Notes under the pieces: generated by a model | Seen by the model: the letters and a program-made list of their open reading frames with translations, nothing else | Database searches by the model: none | Told to the model about the DNA's origin: nothing | Assembly: GCA_035938015.1 (NCBI GenBank) | Contig: DASZHJ010000241.1 | Location: 1 to 53,980 of the forward strand | Origin: Stellaceae bacterium | GTDB taxonomy: Bacteria > Pseudomonadota > Alphaproteobacteria > ATCC43930 > CGMCC-115725 | Direction: 5' to 3' | Length of the DNA stretch: 53,980 nt | Shown here: positions 28,495 through 38,267 of the stretch, in pieces | Position numbering within the stretch: position 1 is the stretch's first letter | Layout: every line of letters begins with the position of its first letter | Position numbers and translations under genes: made by a program

Positions 28495-28734
28495 CTATAA
28501 GATCGCCTCGAGCATCGCATCGAATCGTGCGGAGAACGCGGCCTCGGTGAGCTCCGCAGTGATCAGGTGGCGAATACCGTGTGCCGCGTATTGCTCGCGA
28601 AGCGGCCCGTCGTGGCTCAGGATCGACATTACGTCGCAGGTGTTGCCTCGCTCGCGCAAGTGGGTCGCCAACCGAAGCATCAACCGGCTCGCGCCGCTGA
28701 TCGTGAACTCGTGATTGATCAGGAGAACGCGCAA
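28495..28734 (-). pseudogene. Probable remnant of a GT4/GT1-type glycosyltransferase (79-aa ORF)
   Basis: (TTG)RVLLINHEFTISGASRLMLRLATHLRERGNTCDV... is a typical glycosyltransferase N-terminus, but the ORF stops after 79 aa. It starts with TTG 4 nt after the upstream stop, has no SD, and uses more A/T-ending codons than its neighbours. Confidence 0.4.
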
Positions 28735-28738
28735 GCGC

Positions 28739-29938
28739 TCAGTCCAGCGCCAGCACCAGCGCCTTCAGATAGGCGGATTCCGGCAAGTGCGGGTGCACGG
28801 GATGATCGGGTGCGGCACCGGCGCTGCGCAGAAGCCGAGCGCTCCGGCTCGCATCCTCGAGACCGCGCCGCGTCGCCTCCCAGAAATCCTCGGGCGTCAC
28901 GTTGTGCGAGCACGAGGCGAGGAACAAATAGCCCTGCGAGGCCACCAACCCGGCCGCAAGCCGAGCGAGCTTCCGATATCCGCGCAACCCCGGCCCCAGA
29001 TCCTTCTTGGATTTGACGAAGGCCGGCGGGTCGGCGATCACGAGGTCGAACCGCTCGCCGGCGCTTGCGAGGGTCTGCAGCTCCGCGAAGGCCTCGCCGC
29101 GCCGGAACTGGCAGCGCTCGCCGACCCCGTTGAGGGCCGCCGACCGCGCTGCCAGAGCCAGGGCGGGCTCGGAGCGGTCGATGCCGGTGACCGCCGTCGC
29201 ACCCGCGACCGCCGCCTCGATGGCAAAGCCGCCGGCGAAGCAATAGAGATCAAGGACGCGTGCGTCCTTGGCGAGCTTCGCCATGAAACGCCGGTTGTCG
29301 CGCTGATCGTAGAACCAGCCGGTCTTTTGGCCGCCGACGAGGTCTACCTCGAAGCGAGCGCCGTTCTCATGCACCTCCGCGGCGCCATCGAGGCCGCCCA
29401 GAGGCACCCGCACCTCCTCCGACAGGCCTTCGAGCGCTCGCCCGGGGCTGTCATTCCGCAGCACGATCGCCTTCGGCGAAAGGGCCGTCTCGAGCGCGGC
29501 CAGGAGTTCGGGCTCGAGGCGGGTCACGCCGGCGGTATTGAGTTGCGCCACCACGACCCCACCGAATCGATCGACCACCGCGCCGGGGATGCCGTCGGCC
29601 TCGGCATGGACCAGGCGGTAGAACGGCTTGTCGTAGAGCCGCTCGCGGATCGCGAGTGCGCGCTTCAGGCGCTTGGCGAGGAATTCCCGGTCGATGCGCC
29701 GCCCGGCGTCGCGGTCGAAGAGACGCGCCGCCACCAGCGTATGCGGATTGAACGTGGCGACGCCGAGCGGGCGCCCGTCGCTGGTGCGGAGCGTGACCAG
29801 GCTTCCGGGCGCGAGCGCCTTGGCGGCGGCATCCATCTGAACCTCGTTCGAGAAGATCCAGGGATGACCGTGCAGCGCGCGCTTCTGATGACCCGGCAGC
29901 AGCGTGACGGTGGGGCGGTCGGCGGGATTGTCGGTCAT
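28739..29938 (-). CDS. Class I SAM-dependent rRNA (cytosine-C5) methyltransferase, RlmI-like
   Basis: ATG 29938. N-terminal PUA-like part (HPWIFSNEV), GQKTGWFYDQRDNR, SAM motif VLDLYCFAGGFA and ADPPAF. The 28715..29953 + ORF is its shadow. Confidence 0.85.
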   Translation of the reverse strand: MTDNPADRPTVTLLPGHQKRALHGHPWIFSNEVQMDAAAKALAPGSLVTLRTSDGRPLGVATFNPHTLVAARLFDRDAGRRIDREFLAKRLKRALAIRERLYDKPFYRLVHAEADGIPGAVVDRFGGVVVAQLNTAGVTRLEPELLAALETALSPKAIVLRNDSPGRALEGLSEEVRVPLGGLDGAAEVHENGARFEVDLVGGQKTGWFYDQRDNRRFMAKLAKDARVLDLYCFAGGFAIEAAVAGATAVTGIDRSEPALALAARSAALNGVGERCQFRRGEAFAELQTLASAGERFDLVIADPPAFVKSKKDLGPGLRGYRKLARLAAGLVASQGYLFLASCSHNVTPEDFWEATRRGLEDASRSARLLRSAGAAPDHPVHPHLPESAYLKALVLALD

Positions 29939-29978
29939 GGCGGCGCAGTCTAGCGACGTACCCTCGGCGGGCAAGCCG

Positions 29979-31730
29979 TCAGTCGCCGAGCGCCACGCCC
30001 TCGCGACGCGGATCGGCGCCGCCTTCGAGGCCGCGCGGCGTGCGCATGATCCCGTGCAGACCGCTTTCGAGCGCTTTACGCGCAACTGTGTGGCCCCGCG
30101 CGCCGAGCTCGGCCGCGATCGCATCGCCGTGCGGGCCGAGCTCGACATCCGTATCGCCGTTGCGATTGCTGATGTGGACGAGATCCGTCGCGGCTTGGAC
30201 GTCGTAGCCCCAGTCGAGCACCGCGATCAGCGCGAGGGCCACGTAATTGATGATCTCGGGGCCGCCCGGCGACCCGATCGCGAGCAGGAGCTTGCCGTCA
30301 GGTCCGAACACCAACGTCGGCGCCATCGAGCTGCGCGGTCGCTTGCCGGGCTCGACGCGATTCGCGACCGGCCGCCCGTCGTCCTCGGGGCGAAAAGAGA
30401 AGTCCGTAAGCTCGTTGTTGAGCAGGAACCCGTCCACCATCAGACGCGAGCCGAACTCGTGCTCGATCGTGGTGGTCATCGAGACGGCGTTGCCAGCGGC
30501 ATCGACGATCGAGAGATGGCTCGTCGATGGTAGATCGAGGCCGTCTCCGTCGCCCCACAAGCTCGCGTGGGAGAGGGGTGGTGTCCCCGGTTCGGCGCCG
30601 CCGTGGTCCTGTTGCGGATCGATCAGCCGCGAGCGACGGGCCAGGTAGCGGCGATCGAGCAGGCCGGTCAGCGGCACGGCGACGAAATCGCTGTCGGCGA
30701 GATAGCGATCTCGATCGGCATAAGCAAACCGTGCGGCTTCGGCGAAGAGATGCAGGCTCTGCGCGGACATGGGTCGCAACCGCTGAAGATCGAAGCGCTC
30801 GAGCAAGCTCAGGATCTCCAGCACCGTCGATCCGCCGGAGCTCGGCGGGCCCATCCCGCAAATCCGATAGCGGCGATAGCGCCCGCAGACCGGCGGCCGC
30901 TCCTTCGCTTGATAGGCCGCGAGGTCCTCCAGCGACACGTCGCCGGGGCTCACCGGCGCATGGGTTACCGCCGCGACGATGTCCGCCGCAATGGCGCCGG
31001 TATAGAACGCGTCAGGTCCACGCTCGGCGATCGTGCGCAGCGTCGCCGCCAAAGCGGGATTCGCAAGCCGCGTGCCAACGGGCTTCGCACTGCCGTCGGC
31101 CTCATAGAAATAGCTGCGCGCGGGCTCGAACCGACCGAGGCTTTTCTCCACGACGAGCATGTCGTGGAGCCGCGGCGAGATCGGAAAGCCCGTCTCGGCG
31201 AGGCGGATCGCGGGCTCGAAGAGCTGCGCCCACGGCAATCGTCCGTGTTCGCGATGCGCGAGCGCCAACATTCTGAGCGTGCCGGGGACGCCGACGGACC
31301 GGCCCCCGATCATCGCGTCCATGAAGGCGAGCGGTGCTCCGTCCGCATGGAGGAAGCGGTCGGGCCGCGCGGCGGCGGGAGCGGTCTCGCGGCCGTCATA
31401 GCTCTCGACACGCCGATTGCGCGCCGACCAATAAAGCAGGAAGGCTCCGCCGCCGATGCCCGAAGATTGCGGCTCGACCAGGTTGAGGACCATCTGTGTT
31501 GCGATCGCGGCGTCGATCGCGCCGCCGCCCCGGCGCAGCATCTCACGGCCTGCTTCGGCGGCCAGCGGATTGGCCGCCGCCACCATGTCGTGCCGCGCGA
31601 CGACAGGATGCCGATCGGCAATGCTCCGGTCGCTCGAGGAACTCTCCTGAGCCAGGGCTGCGCCGGCGGCGATGAGGCACAGACCCAGTAGCGCCGCCGC
31701 ATGCTTCAGTGATCGAAGGAGTGAACCCAT
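29979..31730 (-). CDS. ggt: Gamma-glutamyltransferase
   Basis: ATG 31730 gives a signal peptide (MGSLLRSLKHAAALLGLCLIAAGAALAQ). GGGAIDAAIA..., SSGIGGG, and the autoprocessing/catalytic Thr in PSTSHLSIVD. Confidence 0.9.
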   Translation of the reverse strand: MGSLLRSLKHAAALLGLCLIAAGAALAQESSSSDRSIADRHPVVARHDMVAAANPLAAEAGREMLRRGGGAIDAAIATQMVLNLVEPQSSGIGGGAFLLYWSARNRRVESYDGRETAPAAARPDRFLHADGAPLAFMDAMIGGRSVGVPGTLRMLALAHREHGRLPWAQLFEPAIRLAETGFPISPRLHDMLVVEKSLGRFEPARSYFYEADGSAKPVGTRLANPALAATLRTIAERGPDAFYTGAIAADIVAAVTHAPVSPGDVSLEDLAAYQAKERPPVCGRYRRYRICGMGPPSSGGSTVLEILSLLERFDLQRLRPMSAQSLHLFAEAARFAYADRDRYLADSDFVAVPLTGLLDRRYLARRSRLIDPQQDHGGAEPGTPPLSHASLWGDGDGLDLPSTSHLSIVDAAGNAVSMTTTIEHEFGSRLMVDGFLLNNELTDFSFRPEDDGRPVANRVEPGKRPRSSMAPTLVFGPDGKLLLAIGSPGGPEIINYVALALIAVLDWGYDVQAATDLVHISNRNGDTDVELGPHGDAIAAELGARGHTVARKALESGLHGIMRTPRGLEGGADPRREGVALGD

Positions 31731-31794
31731 TCCGCGAGACCCTATCTGGTCCGGTTCGGCGCGGCTATGGTGTACGCCGAAACATGCAATCCGA

Positions 31795-32810
31795 ATGCGC
31801 AGAGCTGCGATGCTCCAGCCAGGCCCTCTGAATCTCATCACCGACGTCGAGGGTATTCGGGTCGGCAATGCCAAGGACGCGGGGGTGCGGACGGGCGTCA
31901 CGGTGGTGCTGCCGGATCACGCGAGCTTGGCGGCCATCGACGTGCGAGGCGGTGCGCCGGGCACGCGTGAGACGGACTCGCTCGATCCCACCTGTCTCGT
32001 CGATCGCGTCGACGCTGTGGTGTTGAGCGGCGGCTCCGCCTTCGGTCTCGAGGCGGGCTCGGGGGTGACGAATTGGCTCGCCGTGCAGGGCCGCGGCTTC
32101 GCCGTAGGATCGGCGATCGTGCCGATCGTGCCGGCGGCGATCCTGTTCGATCTCTTGAACGGTGGCGCCAAAGACTGGGGTGAGTATCCGCCCTATGCCG
32201 CGCTGGGCCGTGCCGCCACCATCGCCGCCGCCCGCAGCTTCGCTCTCGGCAATGCCGGTGCCGGCTATGGAGCGAAAGCTGGCCCGCTCAAGGGCGGGCT
32301 CGGCAGTGCCTCGGCGCTGGCGGCGGACGGCTTGCAGGTGGGTGCGCTCGCCGCGGTGAACGCGCGCGGCGAGACGGTGATGCCGGGCTCGTCCTGCTTC
32401 TGGGCCTGGGCGCTCGCGCAAGCGGGCGAGGTCGGTGCCCAAGCCCCGCCGACGCAGCCCCCGCCGCTCGAGGAGTCGGAGCCGCCGTCCGCATTCCCCG
32501 GCGGGCACACCACCATCGCGGTGGTTGCGACCAACGCCGGCTCGACAAGGCCGAGGCACAACGCGTCGCGATCATGGCGCAGGACGGATTTGCCCGCGCC
32601 ATCCGGCCGACCCACACGCCGTTCGACGGCGACACCGTCTTCGTCCTGGCGACCGGTCGGTGGCGCCTGCCGGAGCCCAGGGCCGGCGCCCTCCTGCGCA
32701 TCGGCGCCGCAGCGGCCGATTGCACCGCCCGCGCCATCATGCGCGGCGTTTATGAAGCGCAAAGCCTCGGGGATCTCGTGTGCTACCGGGAGCGCTACGG
32801 AATTCCGTGA
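31795..32810 (+). pseudogene. P1 (DmpA/S58-type) aminopeptidase, interrupted by a 1-nt frameshift near 32540
   Basis: The N-terminal 245 or so codons (...GPLNLITDVEGIRVGN...VVLSGGSAFGLEAG...TTIAVVATNAG) are in frame 1. The conserved continuation LDKAEAQRVAIMAQDGFARAIRPTHTPFDGDTVFVLATG... is in the frame of ORF 32574..32810. Reading GCC GG- CTC GAC shows one missing base. Start is ATG 31795 or 31810. Confidence 0.7.
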
Positions 32811-32822
32811 TGCCGGTCCAGA

Positions 32823-33323
32823 TCAGCTCTTGCGCTTCGCCACCGCGAGCGGCGGCGCGAACTGAAGATCGATATCCCAGGGGAACAGGATCCATGTGTC
32901 CTGACTCACCTCGGTGACGAAGGTATCGACCAGCGGCCGTCCCGCGGGCTTGGCGTAGACCGTGGCGAAATGCGCCTTGGGCAGCATCTCTCGCACCATG
33001 CGCGCGGTGTGTCCGGTGTCGACAAGGTCGTCGATGATGAGATAGCCCTCGCCGTCGCCGGCGACGCCCTTGAGGACCTCGACCCTGCCGCGCATGCCGA
33101 GCTTGGCGTCGTCATAGCTGGCGACGCAGACCGTATCGACCAGCCGGACGTCGAGCTCGCGCGCCACGATGGCGGCCGGCACCAGACCCCCGCGGGTAAT
33201 CGCGATGATGCCGCGCCACGGCCCGAGGTCGAGCAGCCGCCAGGCGAGCGCGCGGGCATGCCGATGCAGCTCGTCCCAGGTGACGGGGAAATGCTTCATC
33301 GGGGTCTTGGCGGGCTCACTCAT
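32823..33323 (-). CDS. gpt: Xanthine-guanine phosphoribosyltransferase
   Basis: Strong resemblance to E. coli Gpt along the whole length: [44 protein letters not shown]...[19 protein letters not shown]...[19 protein letters not shown]...QDTWI.FPWD. Confidence 0.92.
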   Translation of the reverse strand: MSEPAKTPMKHFPVTWDELHRHARALAWRLLDLGPWRGIIAITRGGLVPAAIVARELDVRLVDTVCVASYDDAKLGMRGRVEVLKGVAGDGEGYLIIDDLVDTGHTARMVREMLPKAHFATVYAKPAGRPLVDTFVTEVSQDTWILFPWDIDLQFAPPLAVAKRKS

Positions 33324-33346
33324 GGACCATGCCCAGCAGCCGCGGC

Positions 33347-34531
33347 TCAGCGCACGAAGACCTGAACCTCGTTCCCCTGCGCCGAGGCGCTCGATGTTGC
33401 CGAGAGATTGATGCGGTCGGGCGGCAAGCCCATGTTGGTGAGCGAGCGCACGACCGTCTCGGCATTGCGCTTGGAGGTGCTGGTGTTGAGGGCGGACTGA
33501 CCGGCATTGCCTCCGGTCGGCGACACCGCCACCACGTCGAAGGTGGCGCCCGGTCGGCGATCGAGCGCGCGGCTGACCGCGCTGTAGAGCGCCTGCTCGT
33601 AGGCGACGTTGGGCCGGTCGAAGCGGATCACCATCAGGGGCTGACGGCCGGCGATCGCAGGCGTCGCCGAGGCGACTTGCTGCGGCGCCGCGTTGGCGAA
33701 AGCGCGGTTGTTGAGGCTCTGGCCGTAGAGCTCGCCGTTCTTGATCGCGAGCGACAGCACCGTGAGGTTGCGCCGCTCGTTGCTGACGTAGTTGCTCTGC
33801 CGGCTGATATCCTCGCTGAGGTCGTTGAGCAGGCGGTCGATCAGCACCACGGTGCGATTGCAGTCGTTCTCGAGGATAGCGAGCTGCCGGTGATCCTCAT
33901 CGACCGCGCCCTGCAGGCCGTACGCGGCGCGAACGGATTCGAGGATATAGGCGGCGAGCGCGGAGTCGCTCGCCGCGGCATTCGAGATCGTGTTGAGGCG
34001 CGTGATGTCGTCGCCGAGCCGGCCAAGCGAGGACTGCGCCTGTGTCCACTGCTGCACGAGCTGCGGATTGCCGGGCGTGGTGCCGACCTGCAAGCGCGAA
34101 TTGATCGAGGCAACCAGGCTGTAATAGCTGCCGGCGTCGGACGCCATGCCTTGGCGCGCCTGCTGCAACTCCTGGTTATGCTGGTTGATGTTGGTCTGCA
34201 GGCGCTGCAAGTCGCCGCGCAACGACGCGACCTTTTGGCCGACATAGGTTCCCGTGCTCGCGCCCGGCGTTACCGGCTGCGGGGAATAGTTTCCGGTGCC
34301 GACCGCGGGGGGTGCCGCGCCCTGCGTAGGCGCGGGTGCCGGCGTCTGCGTGATGGTCGGCTGCGCGTTCTGCTCGGAGGACGACGGCGGTATCTGTACG
34401 GCCTCGGAATCGGCTGGCGGATACTCCTCTTGCGAGGAATCTTCGCCCGTCAAAAGGTTGTTCACGAAGGAGCAGCCGCTGAGCAATACGGCGGTAGCGA
34501 AGATCACGAGATGCGAGCGAAGCTGCGACAT
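33347..34531 (-). CDS. Hypothetical lipoprotein: lipobox, P/Q/S/T-rich linker, helical Q/N/L-rich core, degenerate OmpA-like C-terminus
   Basis: ATG 34531 gives [20 protein letters not shown] (lipobox LSGC). The C-terminal 95 aa follow the OmpA_C layout ([57 protein letters not shown]) but lack the usual D/R peptidoglycan-contact residues. Confidence 0.6.
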   Translation of the reverse strand: MSQLRSHLVIFATAVLLSGCSFVNNLLTGEDSSQEEYPPADSEAVQIPPSSSEQNAQPTITQTPAPAPTQGAAPPAVGTGNYSPQPVTPGASTGTYVGQKVASLRGDLQRLQTNINQHNQELQQARQGMASDAGSYYSLVASINSRLQVGTTPGNPQLVQQWTQAQSSLGRLGDDITRLNTISNAAASDSALAAYILESVRAAYGLQGAVDEDHRQLAILENDCNRTVVLIDRLLNDLSEDISRQSNYVSNERRNLTVLSLAIKNGELYGQSLNNRAFANAAPQQVASATPAIAGRQPLMVIRFDRPNVAYEQALYSAVSRALDRRPGATFDVVAVSPTGGNAGQSALNTSTSKRNAETVVRSLTNMGLPPDRINLSATSSASAQGNEVQVFVR

Positions 34532-34771
34532 TGCGATTGCGACGGGTGTCCCCCTACTACGGCGCGGGCATCGATATGCAGCGCCCCCCCGGCGCAGTCG
34601 ACGCAAGTGACACCCGTACCTCACGAATCTCCCAAAGGGATATTACGCAATGCCCTTTGGAGCGACAAGCCGCATTCGTGCGGCCGCTGCGAGCAAGCCT
34701 GACCTTGCCATCGCTTGGGGTTGCGAGTAGCTTCGCCCCCTCGTTCGGCCGGCCCCGAAGGCCGCCTGCGG

Positions 34772-34848
34772 GCGCCCGTAGCTCAACTGGATAGAGCACC
34801 AGACTACGGATCTGGGGGTTAGGGGTTCGAATCCTCTCGGGCGCGCCA
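34772..34848 (+). tRNA. tRNA-Arg (anticodon ACG)
   Basis: Hand-folded cloverleaf: acceptor GCGCCCG/CGGGCGC, D arm GCTC-AACTGGATA-GAGC, anticodon arm CCAGA-CTACGGA-TCTGG (anticodon ACG), variable GGGTT, T arm AGGGG-TTCGAAT-CCTCT, discriminator G, encoded CCA. Confidence 0.95.
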
Positions 34849-34849
34849 T

Positions 34850-35599
34850 TCATGATTGGCGCTCCGCCGGTGCCAAGCCGCCGCCAAGGAAGAGCTGTGC
34901 GATTCGCGGATCGGCGAGAATCTCCGCAGCGCTGGCCTCAATGCGCGTCTGGCCTTGCTCCAGCACCAGGCCATAGTCGGACACCTGGAGAGCTTGCTTG
35001 GCATTCTGCTCGATCATCAGGATCGTCACGCCCTTGTCGCGAAGCGCCTTAAGGAGCTCGAAAATCTCCCGCACCATCAACGGCGCTAGCCCGATGGATG
35101 GCTCGTCGATGAGCAGGAGTTTAGGGTCGGGCAAGAGACCGCGCGCAACTTCGAGCATTTTTTGCTGGCCACCCGAAAGCGTCGAAGCCTGAGCGTCCGC
35201 GCGGTCCTTCAACATGGGAAAGCGCTGCATGATCTCCTCGATCCGGCGGGGCAGCCGGGCCTGGTCGGACAAAGCAACGCCGCCGAGCTCGAGATTGTGC
35301 CGCACGCTCAGCTCGGGGAAGACATTCCGGCCCTGCGGGACATAGGCGACGCCGGCATCGAGGAGCTGGCGCGGCGTAAAATTCGTGCGCTCGCGCCCGT
35401 CAAGTGTGATCGTCCCGGACCGAACCCGAAGCAGCCCGAAGATCGCCTTGAACATCGTCGATTTGCCCGCGCCATTGGGGCCGATGACAGTCGTGATGGC
35501 GCCGCGGCGGATGCGCGCTGTCGTGCCGTTAAGGATGGTCATCTTGCCGTATCCGGCGAAGACGTTGTCGAGATGCAGCAGGGGCTCGGCGGCACTCAT
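34850..35599 (-). CDS. livF: Branched-chain amino acid ABC transporter ATP-binding protein (LivF-type)
   Basis: ATG 35599. Walker A GPNGAGKST, signature LSGGQQKMLEVAR, Walker B LLLIDEPS. Last gene of the liv-like operon. Its stop lies 1 nt from the tRNA 3' end (convergent). Confidence 0.9.
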   Translation of the reverse strand: MSAAEPLLHLDNVFAGYGKMTILNGTTARIRRGAITTVIGPNGAGKSTMFKAIFGLLRVRSGTITLDGRERTNFTPRQLLDAGVAYVPQGRNVFPELSVRHNLELGGVALSDQARLPRRIEEIMQRFPMLKDRADAQASTLSGGQQKMLEVARGLLPDPKLLLIDEPSIGLAPLMVREIFELLKALRDKGVTILMIEQNAKQALQVSDYGLVLEQGQTRIEASAAEILADPRIAQLFLGGGLAPAERQS

Positions 35600-35610
35600 G
35601 TGCGTGATCG

Positions 35611-36354
35611 TCAATGCCCGAGATAGGCGTTGATCACGGCCTGGTCGCGGCGAATATCCTGCGGCGTGCCCTCTGCGATGACGCGGCCCTCCGCGAGAAC
35701 CAGCACCCGGGTGCACAGGGCCATGACGAACTCCATCTGATGCTCGATCACCACGAATGTGGCATTGCGCTCGGTATGATAGGCCTGAAGCCGTTCGCGC
35801 AATTGCCCGAGCATCGTGGGGTTCACACCTCCTGCGGGCTCGTCGAGCAACACCAGCCGCGGTCCCGCCATGAAGGCCATGGCGACATCCAGCAGCTTCT
35901 GCTGACCGTAGCTCAGCTCCATTGCCGGCACGCTCGCCAAGTGTGACAGGCGGAAAAACTCGATCATCTGTTCGGCCTCATCGCCGAGCCCGGCGTCACC
36001 CCGGCCGAGCAGGCGCGATACCATCGAGCCCCGATGTTCCTGGCCGGCAAGGATGAGGTTGTCCCGCACCGAGAGCTGTGGGAAGACCTGCAGCATTTGA
36101 AAGGTCCGGCTCACGCCCAGACGGTTGAGATCGCAGGGGCGCATGCCGGTGGTCACGTTGCCATCCACTCGAACCTGACCGGCGGTCGGCCGTAATTGGC
36201 CCAAGACGCAATTGAACAGGGTGGACTTGCCCGAGCCGTTGGGCCCGATGATCCCGAGGATCTCGCCCGCGCGGACCTCGAAGGATACGCCATCCACCGC
36301 CGTGATGCCGTCGAAGGTCTTGCGCAGATCGGAGACCTCGAGCACCACGGTCAT
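35611..36354 (-). CDS. livG: Branched-chain amino acid ABC transporter ATP-binding protein (LivG-type)
   Basis: ATG 36354. Walker A GPNGSGKST, signature LSYGQQKLLDVAM, Walker B LVLLDEPAGG. 4-nt overlap with livM. Confidence 0.9.
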   Translation of the reverse strand: MTVVLEVSDLRKTFDGITAVDGVSFEVRAGEILGIIGPNGSGKSTLFNCVLGQLRPTAGQVRVDGNVTTGMRPCDLNRLGVSRTFQMLQVFPQLSVRDNLILAGQEHRGSMVSRLLGRGDAGLGDEAEQMIEFFRLSHLASVPAMELSYGQQKLLDVAMAFMAGPRLVLLDEPAGGVNPTMLGQLRERLQAYHTERNATFVVIEHQMEFVMALCTRVLVLAEGRVIAEGTPQDIRRDQAVINAYLGH

Positions 36355-37331
36355 AAGGGCGGCCTGTCGACACTCAGCTTCACGACCGCGGAACCGCGTC
36401 GCACAGCCGCCGCCCGTGACGCGCGGTCGAGCAGCCCCAGCACGCCTGAGGGGCAGAACGCCATCAGCGCCATGACGGCCGCCGCGTAGACGATGAGGTA
36501 GTAGCCCTCTGTGATCCGCATCCACTCGGGCAGTAGAACTGCAATGAGCGCGCCGACGAACGGCCCAAAAAAAGATCCGCTGCCGCCGACGATCACCATC
36601 AGGAGAAGATTGAACGATAGACCGAGCGCAAACGAGCTCGGCTCGATGAACTGCACCAGCGGGGCGTAGAGCGCGCCCGACAATCCGCCGAGGCTGGCGC
36701 CCAGCGCGAAAGCCATCAACGTGTAGCGACGCGTGTCGACACCCAGTGACAGAGCGCGGATCGGATTTTCCCGCAAAGCCACGAAGGCGCGTCCCCACGG
36801 CGAGCGCAGCATCCACCAATTCGCCGACGATATGACGAGCAATGCTCCGAGGCTGAAGAAGTAGAAATGAACGGGACGACCGGTGGACCAACCGAACAGC
36901 GTCGGACGGGGAATGCCGTTGATGCCGTAGATGCCGTTGGTCAGCCATTCCTCATTGCGCAGCACCAGGAACACCAGCGTCGTGAAGGCGAGCGTGACGA
37001 AGGCGAGATAGTGGTGCTGAACGCGCAGCGCGGGATAACCGAGGGTCCAGCCGATCGCAAAGCACAGCAAGCCCGCGCACACGAAAGCGACGGGATAGGC
37101 AACACCTGCCGGTACCAGCAGGGCCACGCAATAGGCGCCGATGCCGACAAAGGCCCCTTGCGCCAGGGAAACCTGGCCCGCGTAGCCTAGGGTGAGATTG
37201 AGGCCGATCGCAGCGACGGTGATGACCGCCCACATCGAAATGAGATAGATGCCGAAGGGCTTGAGCAGAAAAGGCGCGATCACGGCACCAATGAGGGCGA
37301 TGGCGAGCGCCGCTGCGCCTGCCCGGCTCAT
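36351..37331 (-). CDS. livM: Branched-chain amino acid ABC transporter permease (LivM-type)
   Basis: 326 aa, polytopic. ...LNLTLGYAGQVSLAQGAFVGIGAY... is typical of LivM. Confidence 0.9.
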   Translation of the reverse strand: MSRAGAAALAIALIGAVIAPFLLKPFGIYLISMWAVITVAAIGLNLTLGYAGQVSLAQGAFVGIGAYCVALLVPAGVAYPVAFVCAGLLCFAIGWTLGYPALRVQHHYLAFVTLAFTTLVFLVLRNEEWLTNGIYGINGIPRPTLFGWSTGRPVHFYFFSLGALLVISSANWWMLRSPWGRAFVALRENPIRALSLGVDTRRYTLMAFALGASLGGLSGALYAPLVQFIEPSSFALGLSFNLLLMVIVGGSGSFFGPFVGALIAVLLPEWMRITEGYYLIVYAAAVMALMAFCPSGVLGLLDRASRAAAVRRGSAVVKLSVDRPPL

Positions 37332-38203
37332 ACCGTCCGCTCCTCGATACGGCCGAGCAGGCCCTGTGGCCGGATCAGGATGACGACAATCAGGATGAGC
37401 AGCGGGAAGGCGCCGCGATACTGCGAGGAGACATAAGCCGCCGAGAGATTATCCAGGATGCCGAGGATCACGCCGCCCAAGATCGCGCCGCGTACTTGAT
37501 TGAAGCCACCGATGATCGCGGCGAGGAAGGCCGCCAGGCCGAGAGTCTCGCCGTTGGTGAACTTCGCCAGGTAGATCGGGCTCACCAGAATCGAGGCGAT
37601 CGCGACCAGCACGGCGTTGAGCAGGAATGTGTAGAGCACCATCCGGCGCACGGGTATGCCCAGTATGGCCGCCAAGTTCGAGTTCTGCGCCGTCGCCTGC
37701 ATGCGGCGGCCAAGACGCGTCCTTTGCAGCAGGAGATGCAGCGCCGCCACCGTAACGATCGCGACGGCGAGGACCGCCAGGCTCTGGGTCGATATCACCG
37801 CGCCCAGCACGCGGAGGTCGATCGCTGGCACCAGGGTTGGAAACGGCTGTGCCTGAGCGCTGTAGAGACCTTTTGCGCTCTCCTTCAGGAACAGGGAGAG
37901 GGCGATGGTCGAAATCACCAGCGGCAGCACGCCTTGCTTGAGCATCGGATCGACGATGACGAGCTTGAAGAGCAGCCCGAGCACCAAGATCGATAACGCT
38001 ATGCCGACGAGCGCCGCGAGCCAGAACGGCGCGCCGAGGTTCATCGATGCCAAGATGAAGAACGCCGGCACCATCACGAATTCGCCCTGGGCGAAATTGA
38101 TGGTCTGCGAGGTCTGCCACAGCAGAGTGAATCCGACCGCGATGAGAGCGTAAATCGCTCCCGTGGCGAGGCCGGAGATCAGCAACTGTATGAAGGATCC
38201 CAA
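37328..38203 (-). CDS. livH: Branched-chain amino acid ABC transporter permease (LivH-type)
   Basis: No in-frame ATG is present. TTG at 38203 gives (M)GSFIQLLISGLATGAIYALIAVGFTLLWQ..., the standard LivH N-terminus. The start assignment is inference. Confidence 0.85.
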   Translation of the reverse strand: MGSFIQLLISGLATGAIYALIAVGFTLLWQTSQTINFAQGEFVMVPAFFILASMNLGAPFWLAALVGIALSILVLGLLFKLVIVDPMLKQGVLPLVISTIALSLFLKESAKGLYSAQAQPFPTLVPAIDLRVLGAVISTQSLAVLAVAIVTVAALHLLLQRTRLGRRMQATAQNSNLAAILGIPVRRMVLYTFLLNAVLVAIASILVSPIYLAKFTNGETLGLAAFLAAIIGGFNQVRGAILGGVILGILDNLSAAYVSSQYRGAFPLLILIVVILIRPQGLLGRIEERTV

Positions 38204-38267
38204 TGACGGCTCAAGCTGGCGTCCGCCGGGCTCGCGCGCCGGAGGAAGTATTTTTGAGAGACGCTCG

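Noticed and set aside
34772-34848. tRNA-Arg as an integration site of a genomic island
   Set aside because: There is no integrase, phage or transposase gene on either side. I saw no direct repeat of the tRNA 3' end elsewhere in the window. The flanking genes (gpt, lipoprotein, liv operon) look like native core genes in composition.
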